Below are positions 43,617 to 53,556 of a stretch of DNA of 64,000 nt, one piece after another (position 1 is the first letter of the stretch; every line of letters begins with the position of its first letter). Position numbers and translations under genes: made by a program. The stretch covers positions 160,001 through 224,000 of the forward strand of contig CAVSPA010000010.1 in NCBI GenBank assembly GCA_963729715.1. The letters are read 5' to 3'. The notes beneath the pieces were generated by a model. The model saw only the letters and a program-made list of their open reading frames with translations. It did no database searches and had not been told where the DNA came from. Source of the stretch: an uncultured delta proteobacterium. Lineage in GTDB: Bacteria; Desulfobacterota; Syntrophia; Syntrophales; UBA2185.

Positions 43617-44153
43617 ATGCCGAATATTGTTGCCATAGAAACGGAAAGACTGAAACTGGTGCCGCTGAATCTCGAAAGCATAAATCCGGACGACCATCAG
43701 AGGATTGAGCAGAAGCTGGGCTTGCAGCTGGCGAGCATGATCCTGGGCGAGCAAATTGACAGGAAAATAAAAGCGGCCATGAGAGCCTCCCTCGAAGATG
43801 TAATAAGAAACAAGAAGCAGGATCAATGGTATGCGGACTGGCAAAGCGTCCTGATCATACTAAAAAAGGAAAACGCGATCATAGGGGGATTCTGTTTCCA
43901 GAGGTATCCTGATGAAGACGGCACGGTTCAAATCGGATATATGATCAGACCGGAGTATCAGAGAGAGGGATACATGACGGAGGCTCTGAAAAAAGGAATC
44001 TCATGGATATTTGAGCGCCCTGATATATCGGCCTTGCTTGCAGACACTACGAAATCTAACCGGCCGTCGCACAGGGTGCTGGAAAAGGTCGGCATGGTCG
44101 TATATAAAGAAACGGATAATAGTATCTGGTGGAGGATCGAGAGATGTGCCTGA
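43617..44153 (+). CDS. GNAT N-acetyltransferase (RimL/RimJ-like)
   Basis: IETERLKL, QIGY, QREGYMTEAL, NRPSHRVLEKVG. Confidence 0.88.
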   Translation: MPNIVAIETERLKLVPLNLESINPDDHQRIEQKLGLQLASMILGEQIDRKIKAAMRASLEDVIRNKKQDQWYADWQSVLIILKKENAIIGGFCFQRYPDEDGTVQIGYMIRPEYQREGYMTEALKKGISWIFERPDISALLADTTKSNRPSHRVLEKVGMVVYKETDNSIWWRIERCA

Positions 44154-44914
44154 TTATCTTGTCCTACAAAGTCCATGATAGATACCCTTTCATCCTTGCG
44201 GCTAATAGGGATGAGTTCTACGAGAGGCCTTCGGCACCGGTTTCTTTATGGGAGGATGCCGTGGGCGTGATCGCGGGGAAGGATTTGCTGAGGGGTGGAA
44301 CTTGGCTGGGTATCAGGAAGACGGGAAGTCTCGCCATGCTCACCAACTACCGTGAACCAACGCCTTTTGGGCGGAACGCCCCATCGCGGGGGTGGCTCGT
44401 AAGGGATTTTCTTGTGAGCGAGGAGGAACCGGAATCATATATCGAAACTGTTGCGGCCAAGAAAGATCAATATAACGGGTTCAATATGATCATCGGAGAC
44501 CTGAATCGCCTGTTCTACTTTTCCAACCGCGGTGAAATGCTTGAACTGTCACCGGGCCTTTACGGTTTGAGCAACAGTATCCTCGATACGCCCTGGCCCA
44601 AGATCGAGCGAGCGAAAAAGGCGATAGAGTCCTTGCTCACAAGTAAAGAAGATCCTCTTCCGGAAGAGATTTTCGCAATCCTGAAAGACCGGTCAAAACC
44701 GGAGGCCAGCGAACTGCCTGATACGGGCGTGGGGCTGGAATGGGAACGGATTCTTTCCTCTATATTTATAACGAGCCCCATCTATGGCACCCGCTCCTCC
44801 TCAGTTATTATGATTGACAGAAAGAACCATTGCATGTTTATAGAAAGGGTCTTTAATGCACATCCCGAACCGTGGATGGAGGCAAGGTTTGACTTCCGGC
44901 TTCATGGTAATTGA
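44144..44914 (+). CDS. NRDE/TANGO2 family protein (Ntn-hydrolase fold)
   Basis: Starts MCLI, AANRDEFYERP, GGTWLG, YGTRSS; ATG 44144 after GGAGG. Confidence 0.92.
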   Translation: MCLIILSYKVHDRYPFILAANRDEFYERPSAPVSLWEDAVGVIAGKDLLRGGTWLGIRKTGSLAMLTNYREPTPFGRNAPSRGWLVRDFLVSEEEPESYIETVAAKKDQYNGFNMIIGDLNRLFYFSNRGEMLELSPGLYGLSNSILDTPWPKIERAKKAIESLLTSKEDPLPEEIFAILKDRSKPEASELPDTGVGLEWERILSSIFITSPIYGTRSSSVIMIDRKNHCMFIERVFNAHPEPWMEARFDFRLHGN

Positions 44915-44945
44915 GTGAAGTCAGAGACAGAAGAGAAGGCGCAAG

Positions 44946-45386
44946 ATGTCGAGGCGTGAATATCCGGACAGGCCGATTTGTGGAGTCGGAGCGGTCGTAA
45001 TCAGAGAAGGGAAGGTGCTCCTTGTAAGACGCGGTGTCGATCCGAATAAGGGACTGTGGGCAATCCCCGGAGGCTCACTAAACTTAGGCGAAACCCTGCA
45101 GGAAGGTGCGGAAAGGGAGATTCTCGAAGAAACCGGCGTTACCATCAAGGCAGGAGCACCTGTCTACTCCTTTGATTTTTTTGAAGAGGATAGTGAAGGG
45201 CGGATGCGCTTTCATTATGTGATTGTGGACATGATCGCTGATTACGTATGCGGTGAGGCGAAGGGAGCTGACGATGCCCTCGAAGCGAGGTGGGTTGCAC
45301 CTGCGGAGCTCAGACATATGCACGTCTCAAGAAATACCCTGAGGATTCTGGATTTCTTGAAAAGTCATTTTCGCGAGGAGGTGTAG
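44946..45386 (+). CDS. Nudix hydrolase (ADP-ribose pyrophosphatase-like)
   Basis: Nudix box GGSLNLGETLQEGAEREILEETG. Confidence 0.9.
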   Translation: MSRREYPDRPICGVGAVVIREGKVLLVRRGVDPNKGLWAIPGGSLNLGETLQEGAEREILEETGVTIKAGAPVYSFDFFEEDSEGRMRFHYVIVDMIADYVCGEAKGADDALEARWVAPAELRHMHVSRNTLRILDFLKSHFREEV

Positions 45387-45388
45387 TC

Positions 45389-46135
45389 ATGAAGGTCATT
45401 TATCACAAGGACTTTAATCAAACATACTGTTCTGATCCTGCCGCTGCGCCGGGCCGCATCGAGGCAGTCGTCAAGGCAATCCGTGACAAATGGACTCTTG
45501 TAGATGCAGTTCCCGCCCGGAAAGAAGACATTGGCGCTTGTCATACACCATCTCATATGGAAAGAGTGGCGAGAGAAGGGGTATATGATATTGCTGCGCT
45601 GGCGGCCGGAGGCGCCATACAGGCTGCCGAGATTGGCTTGCTGGAGCCATGTTTTGCCGTGATCAGGCCGCCCGGGCACCACGCCTCTGCCAATAGTGCA
45701 TGGGGGTTCTGCTATTTTAACAATATGGCGATCGCTCTCGAAAAGTTAAAACGGGAAAACCGGATTAAGAAGGCGTTCGTGCTGGATATCGATCTTCATT
45801 TCGGCGATGGAACAGTGAATATCCTGGAAGGGACCGGTTATGTGTCCATCTGCAATCCTACGGCATCCAACCCGGAAGAATATCTGAAAAGTGTAAAAAG
45901 CCGCCTCTCTGAGGAGAAGGTAGATATCATAGGGGTATCTGCTGGTTTTGACAATCATGAACAGGATTGGGGCGGGCTCCTTTCAACAGCTGACTATACG
46001 GCGATTGGAAAAATGGTCAGGGATGCCAGCAAGAAAAACGGTGGAGGCTGTTTTGCCATCCTGGAAGGCGGGTATAATCATTCCGTTCTGGGACAGAACG
46101 TAATGGCTTTCATCGAGGGCATGGAAGGGAAGTAA
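45389..46135 (+). CDS. Zn-dependent histone deacetylase family protein (compact)
   Basis: RPPGHHA, GFCYFNN, DIDLHFGDG, SAGFD, LEGGY. Confidence 0.92.
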   Translation: MKVIYHKDFNQTYCSDPAAAPGRIEAVVKAIRDKWTLVDAVPARKEDIGACHTPSHMERVAREGVYDIAALAAGGAIQAAEIGLLEPCFAVIRPPGHHASANSAWGFCYFNNMAIALEKLKRENRIKKAFVLDIDLHFGDGTVNILEGTGYVSICNPTASNPEEYLKSVKSRLSEEKVDIIGVSAGFDNHEQDWGGLLSTADYTAIGKMVRDASKKNGGGCFAILEGGYNHSVLGQNVMAFIEGMEGK

Positions 46136-46176
46136 AAAAAAGCAGGGATGGTTCAAATGCCATCCTTGCTTTTTTT
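46134..46176. terminator. Bidirectional intrinsic terminator
   Basis: A-run, AGCAGGGATGG/CCATCCTTGCT stem, T-run, between convergent genes. Confidence 0.85.
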
Positions 46177-46211
46177 CTATGCTCAGTATCAGCGATTAGA
46201 CTTAAACTGTT

Positions 46212-47438
46212 TCAGTAACCCATCTTCTTCATGAAGCCCTGTCCGCTCAGTGGTTGTCTCTCTACCAATTGACCAACTTTCACCCTTTTTAAATCTTGCG
46301 GTTTGCCTTCCACTGTAACCCACGCGCTTTCCGCCTGGACCTGGTCTGTTACCGTCAGCTCAACAGGCAGTTTCACGATGTTGCAGGTTATCTTCTTGCT
46401 TCCACTCACAGGATCTTCGTCCTCCATTTCTTCGAATGTGTAAGCAATCATCTTTGTACCCGGCTTGAGCCCGACTTTTTCGCCAATGTTCAAATTTGCA
46501 TATCTTTCCTTTTCATCCTGGCGCGTCCGCAATTGTCTTATATAACCTTTGACGGTGAACCATTTGGATAGTTTTGGCCTTGTGTTTTCTATTCCTTTGG
46601 ATGCCGCCTTCTTGATGCCACCGACCAAGGCATCGTAGTTAGGGTAGGGGATTTTGCCGATATTAACTTTCCCGATGACCTTATCTGATAATAGAACTTC
46701 ACCTGTTTCTACATCAAGAATTCTCAGTGTCAGCTCCGTACCGATGTTCCAGCCTTCCTGCGCTTCCAGACCGGCTGCCATCGCCGAGCCCAAGAGGTCA
46801 ACGCCCCAACTGCCGCTGCCTCCTCTGCCAAGACCCTGTCTGGCAGACTCGTAGCTCTTGTACGATAGATCAACGTTATTGACAGAACCTGTGATGATGT
46901 ATTTTACGCCGGCAAATTTTCCGAGTCTTACCAACGTCGATTCATCCACGAGCCCCGAACGCTGGAACTTTTGTTCCGATATGATTTTGTCCATTTCTTT
47001 TCTCGTAAAAACCTTCGCCCCTCCCATATTCACTAATTCGTTCATCACGCCGTCTTCAACACTCTCGGGGAGCTTTGCATTTATCTGTCTCTGCGTTACT
47101 TCTGAATCTCTCTGAAACTGCCGCTTTTCCTTGGTGCCCCAGACAACGCCGGCAGCTCCTGGAACAACACCGACAGCGGCGCCCCCTACGGCAGTTCGCT
47201 GACTTGCGCCCTGAACATGGGACTGTACCACATTGGCATAATCAAAAGTGGAGTTGTTTGTAAAATTGACGACAGCAACTTTCGGGAGCATGGCGTCATA
47301 CGCAGATTTGCATGCTTTAGGCGGCGACTCTTTCGGTCCTTTGTCTACAGGATATGCCATGGGATCGATCTTCGGCACAGCTGCGCAGGCAGCCAAAAAG
47401 AATGACGCAAGAAAAAGTAGTGCGACTCTCTTAAACAT
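46212..47438 (-). CDS. CsgG/HfaB-like lipoprotein
   Basis: Lipobox LAAC; VAVVNF, RKEMDKIISEQKF, YIITGSV, RILDVETGEV. Confidence 0.78.
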   Translation of the reverse strand: MFKRVALLFLASFFLAACAAVPKIDPMAYPVDKGPKESPPKACKSAYDAMLPKVAVVNFTNNSTFDYANVVQSHVQGASQRTAVGGAAVGVVPGAAGVVWGTKEKRQFQRDSEVTQRQINAKLPESVEDGVMNELVNMGGAKVFTRKEMDKIISEQKFQRSGLVDESTLVRLGKFAGVKYIITGSVNNVDLSYKSYESARQGLGRGGSGSWGVDLLGSAMAAGLEAQEGWNIGTELTLRILDVETGEVLLSDKVIGKVNIGKIPYPNYDALVGGIKKAASKGIENTRPKLSKWFTVKGYIRQLRTRQDEKERYANLNIGEKVGLKPGTKMIAYTFEEMEDEDPVSGSKKITCNIVKLPVELTVTDQVQAESAWVTVEGKPQDLKRVKVGQLVERQPLSGQGFMKKMGY

Positions 47439-47451
47439 GCAGCTCTCCTCC

Positions 47452-48582
47452 TTATTTCTGGTAATCCAATATCAGGGAATAGGGTGAAAAATTTACTACG
47501 TTAAAATTACCTTTCTGTTTTATGCTGTTGGCCAGATAGATTGAGTTCTCAGGGTAGCTGACTATGAACTCTCCCATCTGTTTATCCTCCACTCCTGTCA
47601 CCCAAACAATGTTCTGCAGAGTATTTTTGATTTCCATGTTCGTATCAAGGTCGGTTACCCCATTGACCTTTATGTTTATTTTTTTGACATTGCCCTTGAC
47701 GTAGGATGCAACTTTATCAAGTATCTTGGGGGTCAATTTTTCTGCGAGGTCTTTAAGACCTTCCGCGGCGGCATCCTCAACGTTGTTCGCGAGACCTTTG
47801 CCCTGTGCGGTATCCGCCGTAAGAATCTCCATACTGCCCGTCTTGTTGTTCTTGGCAACGATGCGATAGGTCAGTCTTACAGTAACATTATTGAATGGCA
47901 TGGAGAGTCCGTAGCCAATGTCCTCTCCCTTCTTTGTCGATATGGTGTAATCGACCTTGCCGATGATGATTATATTGGAGAGGAATTTATACATCATACT
48001 CCTCACGGCCATGGTACTGCCACTTTGCACCGCCTTTTCGATTTCACGAGCGTCGACAGCCTGCGTCGGTGCCACGTCGACGACCTTATAGTTTTGATCG
48101 GTGAGTTTTCCGATGAGGGTCTCTGAAAGGATATTCGTTTCCTCGAATTCATCTCCACGCTTGCCTGGTTTCCTTGCCGGAATAAAGACGGCAAGGGAGT
48201 TGTTCAGGGCAAGGGAGGAAACGGCTTCCCTCGCCTTGGCAGGTTCAACACAGGCCGAGATTTTTACTGTGACCATGTCTTCTTTGCTGGCTTGGTCGAG
48301 GACCTTGTAGCTCTTGATGACTCCTTCAACCTGCGTCTTTATCACGTCTTCGACGAGTGTGAAATTTTGCACAAAGCTCTGTGCCTTGATTTGTGTTCCG
48401 ACCGTCTGTTCGATGGCTGCCCATTTAGCTCTGGCAATGGCTTCCGTTTTTGCCGAAGGGAGATCATTATTGATGATGGCTGCTTCTCCCTGGGTATTTA
48501 CGCACTTTTCTTGACACAGGCCCGCTGACACGGAGACGAAGCTAAGTAACAGTGACGCAATAACGATGATTATTCTGTACAT
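47452..48582 (-). CDS. Exported protein with FlgT N-terminal/LPP20-like domain
   Basis: Signal peptide; GEAAI...AKTEAIARAKWAAIEQTVG. Confidence 0.72.
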   Translation of the reverse strand: MYRIIIVIASLLLSFVSVSAGLCQEKCVNTQGEAAIINNDLPSAKTEAIARAKWAAIEQTVGTQIKAQSFVQNFTLVEDVIKTQVEGVIKSYKVLDQASKEDMVTVKISACVEPAKAREAVSSLALNNSLAVFIPARKPGKRGDEFEETNILSETLIGKLTDQNYKVVDVAPTQAVDAREIEKAVQSGSTMAVRSMMYKFLSNIIIIGKVDYTISTKKGEDIGYGLSMPFNNVTVRLTYRIVAKNNKTGSMEILTADTAQGKGLANNVEDAAAEGLKDLAEKLTPKILDKVASYVKGNVKKINIKVNGVTDLDTNMEIKNTLQNIVWVTGVEDKQMGEFIVSYPENSIYLANSIKQKGNFNVVNFSPYSLILDYQK

Positions 48583-48703
48583 TTTGCCCTTACCTCCGAT
48601 GTGGGATCATAAGAACCGCGCAGCACTATACTGAAAAGGGTATGGTTTGTAAAGTACATTATGTTTTGCATGTCTTGAGGACCCTGTCTTCCAGTTCTCT
48701 CAC

Positions 48704-50080
48704 TCACTTGCCGATGCAAAAAGCAGAAAATATTCTGTCCAGTACTTCTTCAGTAACCGTTTCTCCGGCTATTTCACCAAGACTTTCAAGTGCTTGGCGG
48801 ATATCAAAAACCGAGAATTCAGGGGAAAGTCCCTGGAGGATGCCGTCCCGGGCCTTTGACAGGAGGTCCCTTGTTTTTTCGATGGCGATCTTATGGCGGA
48901 TATTGGATACTATGTTCAGGGTGCGGCCACGGTCCGGACCATTGAGAACAAGACTGTGGATTGCGTCTTTCAGTGCCGGTATGCCGTCGCCGTGTTTTGC
49001 TGATATCCATAGGGGCGGCATGACATCGGGATAAAGACCTGCCAACTCATTTCCGTCAAGGGCATGAGGAAGATCAGCTTTGTTGACGACTATGAAGAAT
49101 TTTTTCGTTTTGCACCTCTCGACGATCTCGACGTCCTCTTTCGTCAAGGCCTCGCTGCCGTCGACAACGACTATTGCCACATCCGCCTGTGAAAGTTTTT
49201 CCCATACGAGATCTACGCCTTCTTTTTCGACAACATTCTGTGGTTCTCTCAGTCCTGCCGTATCCGTGAGTTTCACAGGCACCCCCCTGATGGAGATGGT
49301 CTCCTCAATGAAATCCCTCGTTGTTCCCGGCAGGGCTGTCACGATGGCCCTTTTTTCACCGAGAAGCCTGTTTAACAGACTCGACTTTCCCACATTCGGC
49401 CTTCCCGCAATTACGGCATTAATGCCATCCCGGTATATTTTCCCCTCTTCGCATGTCGAAGCAAGTCCACTCAGTTCGTCGACAATGTCCGCGATATTTT
49501 TGGCGGCACTTAGGGGATCACCGACCGCTATGTCTTCGTCCGAGAAATCGATGGATGTCTCGAGGACGGCGAGGATATCAATAATCGCCTTACGTATAGT
49601 TTCAATTTTGCAAGCCAAGTCACCTTTGAGTTGGGAGACGGCAAGGTCAAGGGCCCTGTCAGTTTGTGCCATGATCGTTTCCGCTACCGCCTCCGCTTGG
49701 GAAAGATCGATGCGGTTGTTGAGAAAGGCGCGTTTCGTGAATTCGCCTGGTTTTGCAAGACGTGCACCTGCTTTGATGACTTCTGAAAGCACGGACTGAA
49801 GAATAAAACCGCTGCCGTGGCAGTTGATCTCGAGAATGTCTTCTCCCGTATAAGAGTGAGGTTTCATCATGAAGGAAATAAGAACTTCATCGATGACTCT
49901 GCCGGTGCCAGGTGAAATAATGTCTCCGTGATATAGTCGATGGCTGTTGAAGCCGTCAGTATTGTTTGATGGTCTGAAAATGAGGGAGGCGATATCTCCG
50001 GACCTGGGGCCGCTCACGCGTATGATGCCGATCGCTCCCGTACCCGGAGGAGTGGCTATGGCCGCTATCGTGTCTTCCAA
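48704..50080 (-). CDS. mnmE: tRNA modification GTPase MnmE
   Basis: DTIAAIAT, GRPNVGKSS, GTTRD, DTAG, FCIGK. Confidence 0.98.
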   Translation of the reverse strand: MEDTIAAIATPPGTGAIGIIRVSGPRSGDIASLIFRPSNNTDGFNSHRLYHGDIISPGTGRVIDEVLISFMMKPHSYTGEDILEINCHGSGFILQSVLSEVIKAGARLAKPGEFTKRAFLNNRIDLSQAEAVAETIMAQTDRALDLAVSQLKGDLACKIETIRKAIIDILAVLETSIDFSDEDIAVGDPLSAAKNIADIVDELSGLASTCEEGKIYRDGINAVIAGRPNVGKSSLLNRLLGEKRAIVTALPGTTRDFIEETISIRGVPVKLTDTAGLREPQNVVEKEGVDLVWEKLSQADVAIVVVDGSEALTKEDVEIVERCKTKKFFIVVNKADLPHALDGNELAGLYPDVMPPLWISAKHGDGIPALKDAIHSLVLNGPDRGRTLNIVSNIRHKIAIEKTRDLLSKARDGILQGLSPEFSVFDIRQALESLGEIAGETVTEEVLDRIFSAFCIGK

Positions 50081-50290
50081 GTCTGATAACCTCTCGAAAG
50101 CTAAATATCAAGTTAAGAAAAGGGTGATGATAAGGGCGAAAGTCAGAAGAGGTATCTTCTGACAAGCTCAGATTAAGACTCGCCTAAAGTGTGAGATATA
50201 CAAGGGTGTGCAGCGTAGTTGCCCCGAGCCAGCATAGGAAGAGATGAATAGGCAAAATTACAGTTCCGGGCACATAGCACGCTGCCAAAC

Positions 50291-51025
50291 CTAACTCTTC
50301 TTGGCCGGCATAATAACGATTTTTCTGAATTCCCCTTCGCCCCGGCTTTTTGTAGTCAATGACTCGTCATTTTGCAAAGCAAGATGGATGACGCGGCGGT
50401 CATGGGCGTTCATGTGTCCTACAGTCAACGCCTTCTTTGACCTTTTTACTTTTTCTGCCAGCCTTCCTGCCAGCGCAATGAGTGACTCTTCCCTTTTCTT
50501 TCTGTAGGATTCCGTATCCACAACGATCATCTTGCGGTTGTTTGAATTCTTGCTTACTGACTTGTTCACAATGTACTGTATGGCATCTAAGTTCTGCCCT
50601 CTCTTGCCTATAAGTAAGCCACTGCCATCACCCTTGATATTTAACAGAATCGTATCATCATTTTCGTCAACGGTTAATGGGCAATCAAGGCTCATTCTCT
50701 GCAAGATGCCTTGCAAGATTCTTTTTGCCCTCACTGCGGGTCTCTCTGCGGAATCTTCGGGCCCCGCCGGTTCTATCGAATCTGAAACAACAGATGATTT
50801 GCTTTGAGCACCTTTTCGGGATTGTGCAGGCGGCGTATCCATGGCCATATCAATGGACATGATACTTGCTTTAATTTTTGCCTTTTTAGAGCCGAGGCCG
50901 AGGAATCCCGTCGCGCCGTCTGAAATGATCTCTATGTTAAGTTTTTCCCTCGGAACGTTGAATTCGCTGCAGGCTTTTTCAATGGCCTCGTCTATTGTCT
51001 TCCCTTCGATTTCTATAGAATTCAT
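50291..51025 (-). CDS. jag: Jag/EloR (KhpB) RNA-binding protein
   Basis: Jag_N (GKTIDEAI, GFLGLG), KH LIGKRGQ, R3H RRVIH. Confidence 0.95.
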   Translation of the reverse strand: MNSIEIEGKTIDEAIEKACSEFNVPREKLNIEIISDGATGFLGLGSKKAKIKASIMSIDMAMDTPPAQSRKGAQSKSSVVSDSIEPAGPEDSAERPAVRAKRILQGILQRMSLDCPLTVDENDDTILLNIKGDGSGLLIGKRGQNLDAIQYIVNKSVSKNSNNRKMIVVDTESYRKKREESLIALAGRLAEKVKRSKKALTVGHMNAHDRRVIHLALQNDESLTTKSRGEGEFRKIVIMPAKKS

Positions 51026-51043
51026 AATAACTACCTCAATTCA

Positions 51044-52654
51044 CTATCTGCGCTTATTAATGTAGTATTGTTGCCCGATGCTCAGTACGTTTTGAAAGAG
51101 CCAGTAAATAACGAGACCCGACGGAAAATTTACGAAAAGAAATGTGAAAACCACGGGCATGAACATCATAATTTTTTGCTGCATAGGATCGCCCATGGAA
51201 GGAGTCATTTTTTGCTGAACGAGCATGGTCGCACCCATGATGATCGGCGTAATGTAGTAGGGGTCCTTTGCCGAGAGATCATGTATCCACCAGTAAAAAG
51301 GGGCATGGCGGAGTTCAATGGAATACATGAGAGCCTTGTAGAGCCCAAAGAAGACTGGTATCTGAATGACCATGGGCAGACATCCACCCAAGGGGTTTAC
51401 CTTGTGCGTCTTGTACAGGGCCATTGTTTCCTGACTCAGTTTTGCCTTATCACTTTTGTACTTTTCACGAAGTTCGGCTATCTTCGGCTGTAGTTTCTGC
51501 ATCTCCTTCATGGATTTGTAGCTCTTGTTGCCCAGGGGCCAGAAGATAATCTTTATCAGGATGGTCAGGATGATAATGGCGATGCCATAATTGTGAACAT
51601 AGCTGTCGAGAAATTTGACGGAGATCAAGAGCGGCATGGCGAGCCACTTCATCCATGAGCCGAAATCTATAGCATTCTCGAGGCCGACTCCCTGAGCTTT
51701 GAGAATGTCATTCTCCTTAGGTCCGAGGTATAATGAGTAGCCAAACGAAGCGACCTGTCCGGGAGGGATAATGGTGGGAGTGCTTTTCAGGTTCACAGAA
51801 ACCATATTCCGGGGATCCACGGAAAGAGCAAGACTGGTCAGCGTCGGGTTTTGGGGCACCATGGCGGCAAGAAAATATTTGCTTTCAAACCCCGCCCAGG
51901 CGATATCAGGGCCGGCTAATTTTCCTGATTCAATCTTTTTGACTTCGTAACGCTCTACGTCTTTGGCAATGTAGGAAATAGGTCCATCATGCCCGTAACT
52001 GTCTGATTTTGAGTTCGGGTCCACATACTGATTCCAGGAAAGAAGCGCACTTTCACTGAGGGCTGCTCTTGATACGTTATGTATTCTGACTTCCAAATCA
52101 AAGGCATATTTATCAGGATAGAAAGTGAATATCTTTTCTTCTTTTATCTCATTGGCGAATGTCTGCGTAAAGGTGAGTATTCGGCTCTCAGGACTTTGTG
52201 TCATATCAATAGACACTGTATCGGATGTGAATACACTTTCAGGGTGTACGGCGACACTTGATTCGGGAAAAGTCATTGTGAGAGGTTTCGGCATGCCGTC
52301 CATAATGTGGACGAGTTCAATAGGTTCCGAGTCCTTGTCGAGAGAGCTGCGGTAGTTCTTCAGTTTGTAAGATTTCAGGCTGCCGCCTTTCGTGGAGAAA
52401 ACGGCCCTATAAAGAGAAGTCTCCACAGGGATATCCTTTTCGATTCCCATGACCGGCTTTGAAAGAACGGTTCCGCCCTTAACAGTCGCCACCTGTGCCG
52501 GGGCAGCCACTTTACCGGCGGGCGTTTCTTTAACTGCCGTCTCCTGCCGGGCTGGTCCCAGTTGTTGCTGGGGCGGTTTTTTGACAAAAAATGCCTGCCA
52601 GACAAGTATGACCGCCACTGACAGGATTATGGCAAGAAAGGCCTTCTTGTCCAT
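51044..52654 (-). CDS. yidC: Membrane protein insertase YidC
   Basis: IDFG, NYGIAII, NPLGGCLP, FPSGLVIYW. Confidence 0.97.
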   Translation of the reverse strand: MDKKAFLAIILSVAVILVWQAFFVKKPPQQQLGPARQETAVKETPAGKVAAPAQVATVKGGTVLSKPVMGIEKDIPVETSLYRAVFSTKGGSLKSYKLKNYRSSLDKDSEPIELVHIMDGMPKPLTMTFPESSVAVHPESVFTSDTVSIDMTQSPESRILTFTQTFANEIKEEKIFTFYPDKYAFDLEVRIHNVSRAALSESALLSWNQYVDPNSKSDSYGHDGPISYIAKDVERYEVKKIESGKLAGPDIAWAGFESKYFLAAMVPQNPTLTSLALSVDPRNMVSVNLKSTPTIIPPGQVASFGYSLYLGPKENDILKAQGVGLENAIDFGSWMKWLAMPLLISVKFLDSYVHNYGIAIIILTILIKIIFWPLGNKSYKSMKEMQKLQPKIAELREKYKSDKAKLSQETMALYKTHKVNPLGGCLPMVIQIPVFFGLYKALMYSIELRHAPFYWWIHDLSAKDPYYITPIIMGATMLVQQKMTPSMGDPMQQKIMMFMPVVFTFLFVNFPSGLVIYWLFQNVLSIGQQYYINKRR

Positions 52655-52681
52655 TCAATACCTCCGTACTTTAGTTTTGGT

Positions 52682-52918
52682 TTATTTAACTGGATCGTAA
52701 CCGCCGGGGTGAAGAGGATGACACCGTAACAGGCGTATCAGAGCAATGTACGGTCCTCTGACTGGGCCATATCGCCGGATTGCGTCTATGGCATACTCGG
52801 AACAAGACGGGTAAAAACGGCAACATGGGGTAAAAAGAGGAGAAATGCACATCTGGTACAATCGGATAAATACAATAAGAATTTTTCCCAGAATCTGCGC
52901 GAACGTTATCTCATGCAT
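52682..52918 (-). CDS. yidD: Membrane protein insertion efficiency factor YidD
   Basis: [20 protein letters not shown]. Confidence 0.95.
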   Translation of the reverse strand: MHEITFAQILGKILIVFIRLYQMCISPLFTPCCRFYPSCSEYAIDAIRRYGPVRGPYIALIRLLRCHPLHPGGYDPVK

Positions 52919-53258
52919 CTGATTTCTTGATTAAGTGGCTTTCTAACTCTGTGTATACATCTTGATATGTCAATGTTGTTATATTTCTTTTTGCAATTAT
53001 CACGATGTCTTGTGGAGTAGAAAGTCTTGGTCTGTTTAATCTAAAAAATTCTCTTACGAGACGTCTAATCCTGCTTCTCTCTACAGCGCCCCCCACCTTT
53101 TTACTGACCGTTATTCCCAGTCTGCTAATGCCCATTTCATTCTTACATACGAGGATGGTGAAATGTTCCGAATGGCTGCGCACCCCCTGCTGATAGACGG
53201 TCAAATAATCTCTTCTCTTGATAATTCTTACGTGCTTGCCAAAGGATTGTTTTTCCAT
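52911..53258 (-). CDS. rnpA: Ribonuclease P protein component
   Basis: [21 protein letters not shown]. Confidence 0.94.
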   Translation of the reverse strand: MEKQSFGKHVRIIKRRDYLTVYQQGVRSHSEHFTILVCKNEMGISRLGITVSKKVGGAVERSRIRRLVREFFRLNRPRLSTPQDIVIIAKRNITTLTYQDVYTELESHLIKKSDA

Positions 53259-53276
53259 GGACCGCTTTTTCGGGTG

Positions 53277-53414
53277 TTAAACGGCCAGCCTCTTTCTGCC
53301 CTTAGCTCGTCTGCGACTCAGGACCAATCTCCCTCCCCGCGTAGACATTCTAACTAGAAAGCCGTGGGTTCTTTTCCTCTTCGTGTTGCTGAAATTTGTC
53401 AGGTTCTTTTTCAT
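53277..53414 (-). CDS. rpmH: 50S ribosomal protein L34 (absent from ORF track, 45 aa)
   Basis: [45 protein letters not shown]; directly upstream of rnpA. Confidence 0.93.
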   Translation of the reverse strand: MKKNLTNFSNTKRKRTHGFLVRMSTRGGRLVLSRRRAKGRKRLAV

Positions 53415-53556
53415 TCACTCGACCCCGCTGAAAAATATTAAGATGTTTCATTAACCATAACTGGATTTGTTTGTCAAGATTAAATTGGATATGCGGAATT
53501 GATAACTATTGATAATTCGCTTTAATGTTAATATAATACGACCCGGACAGTGGGAT

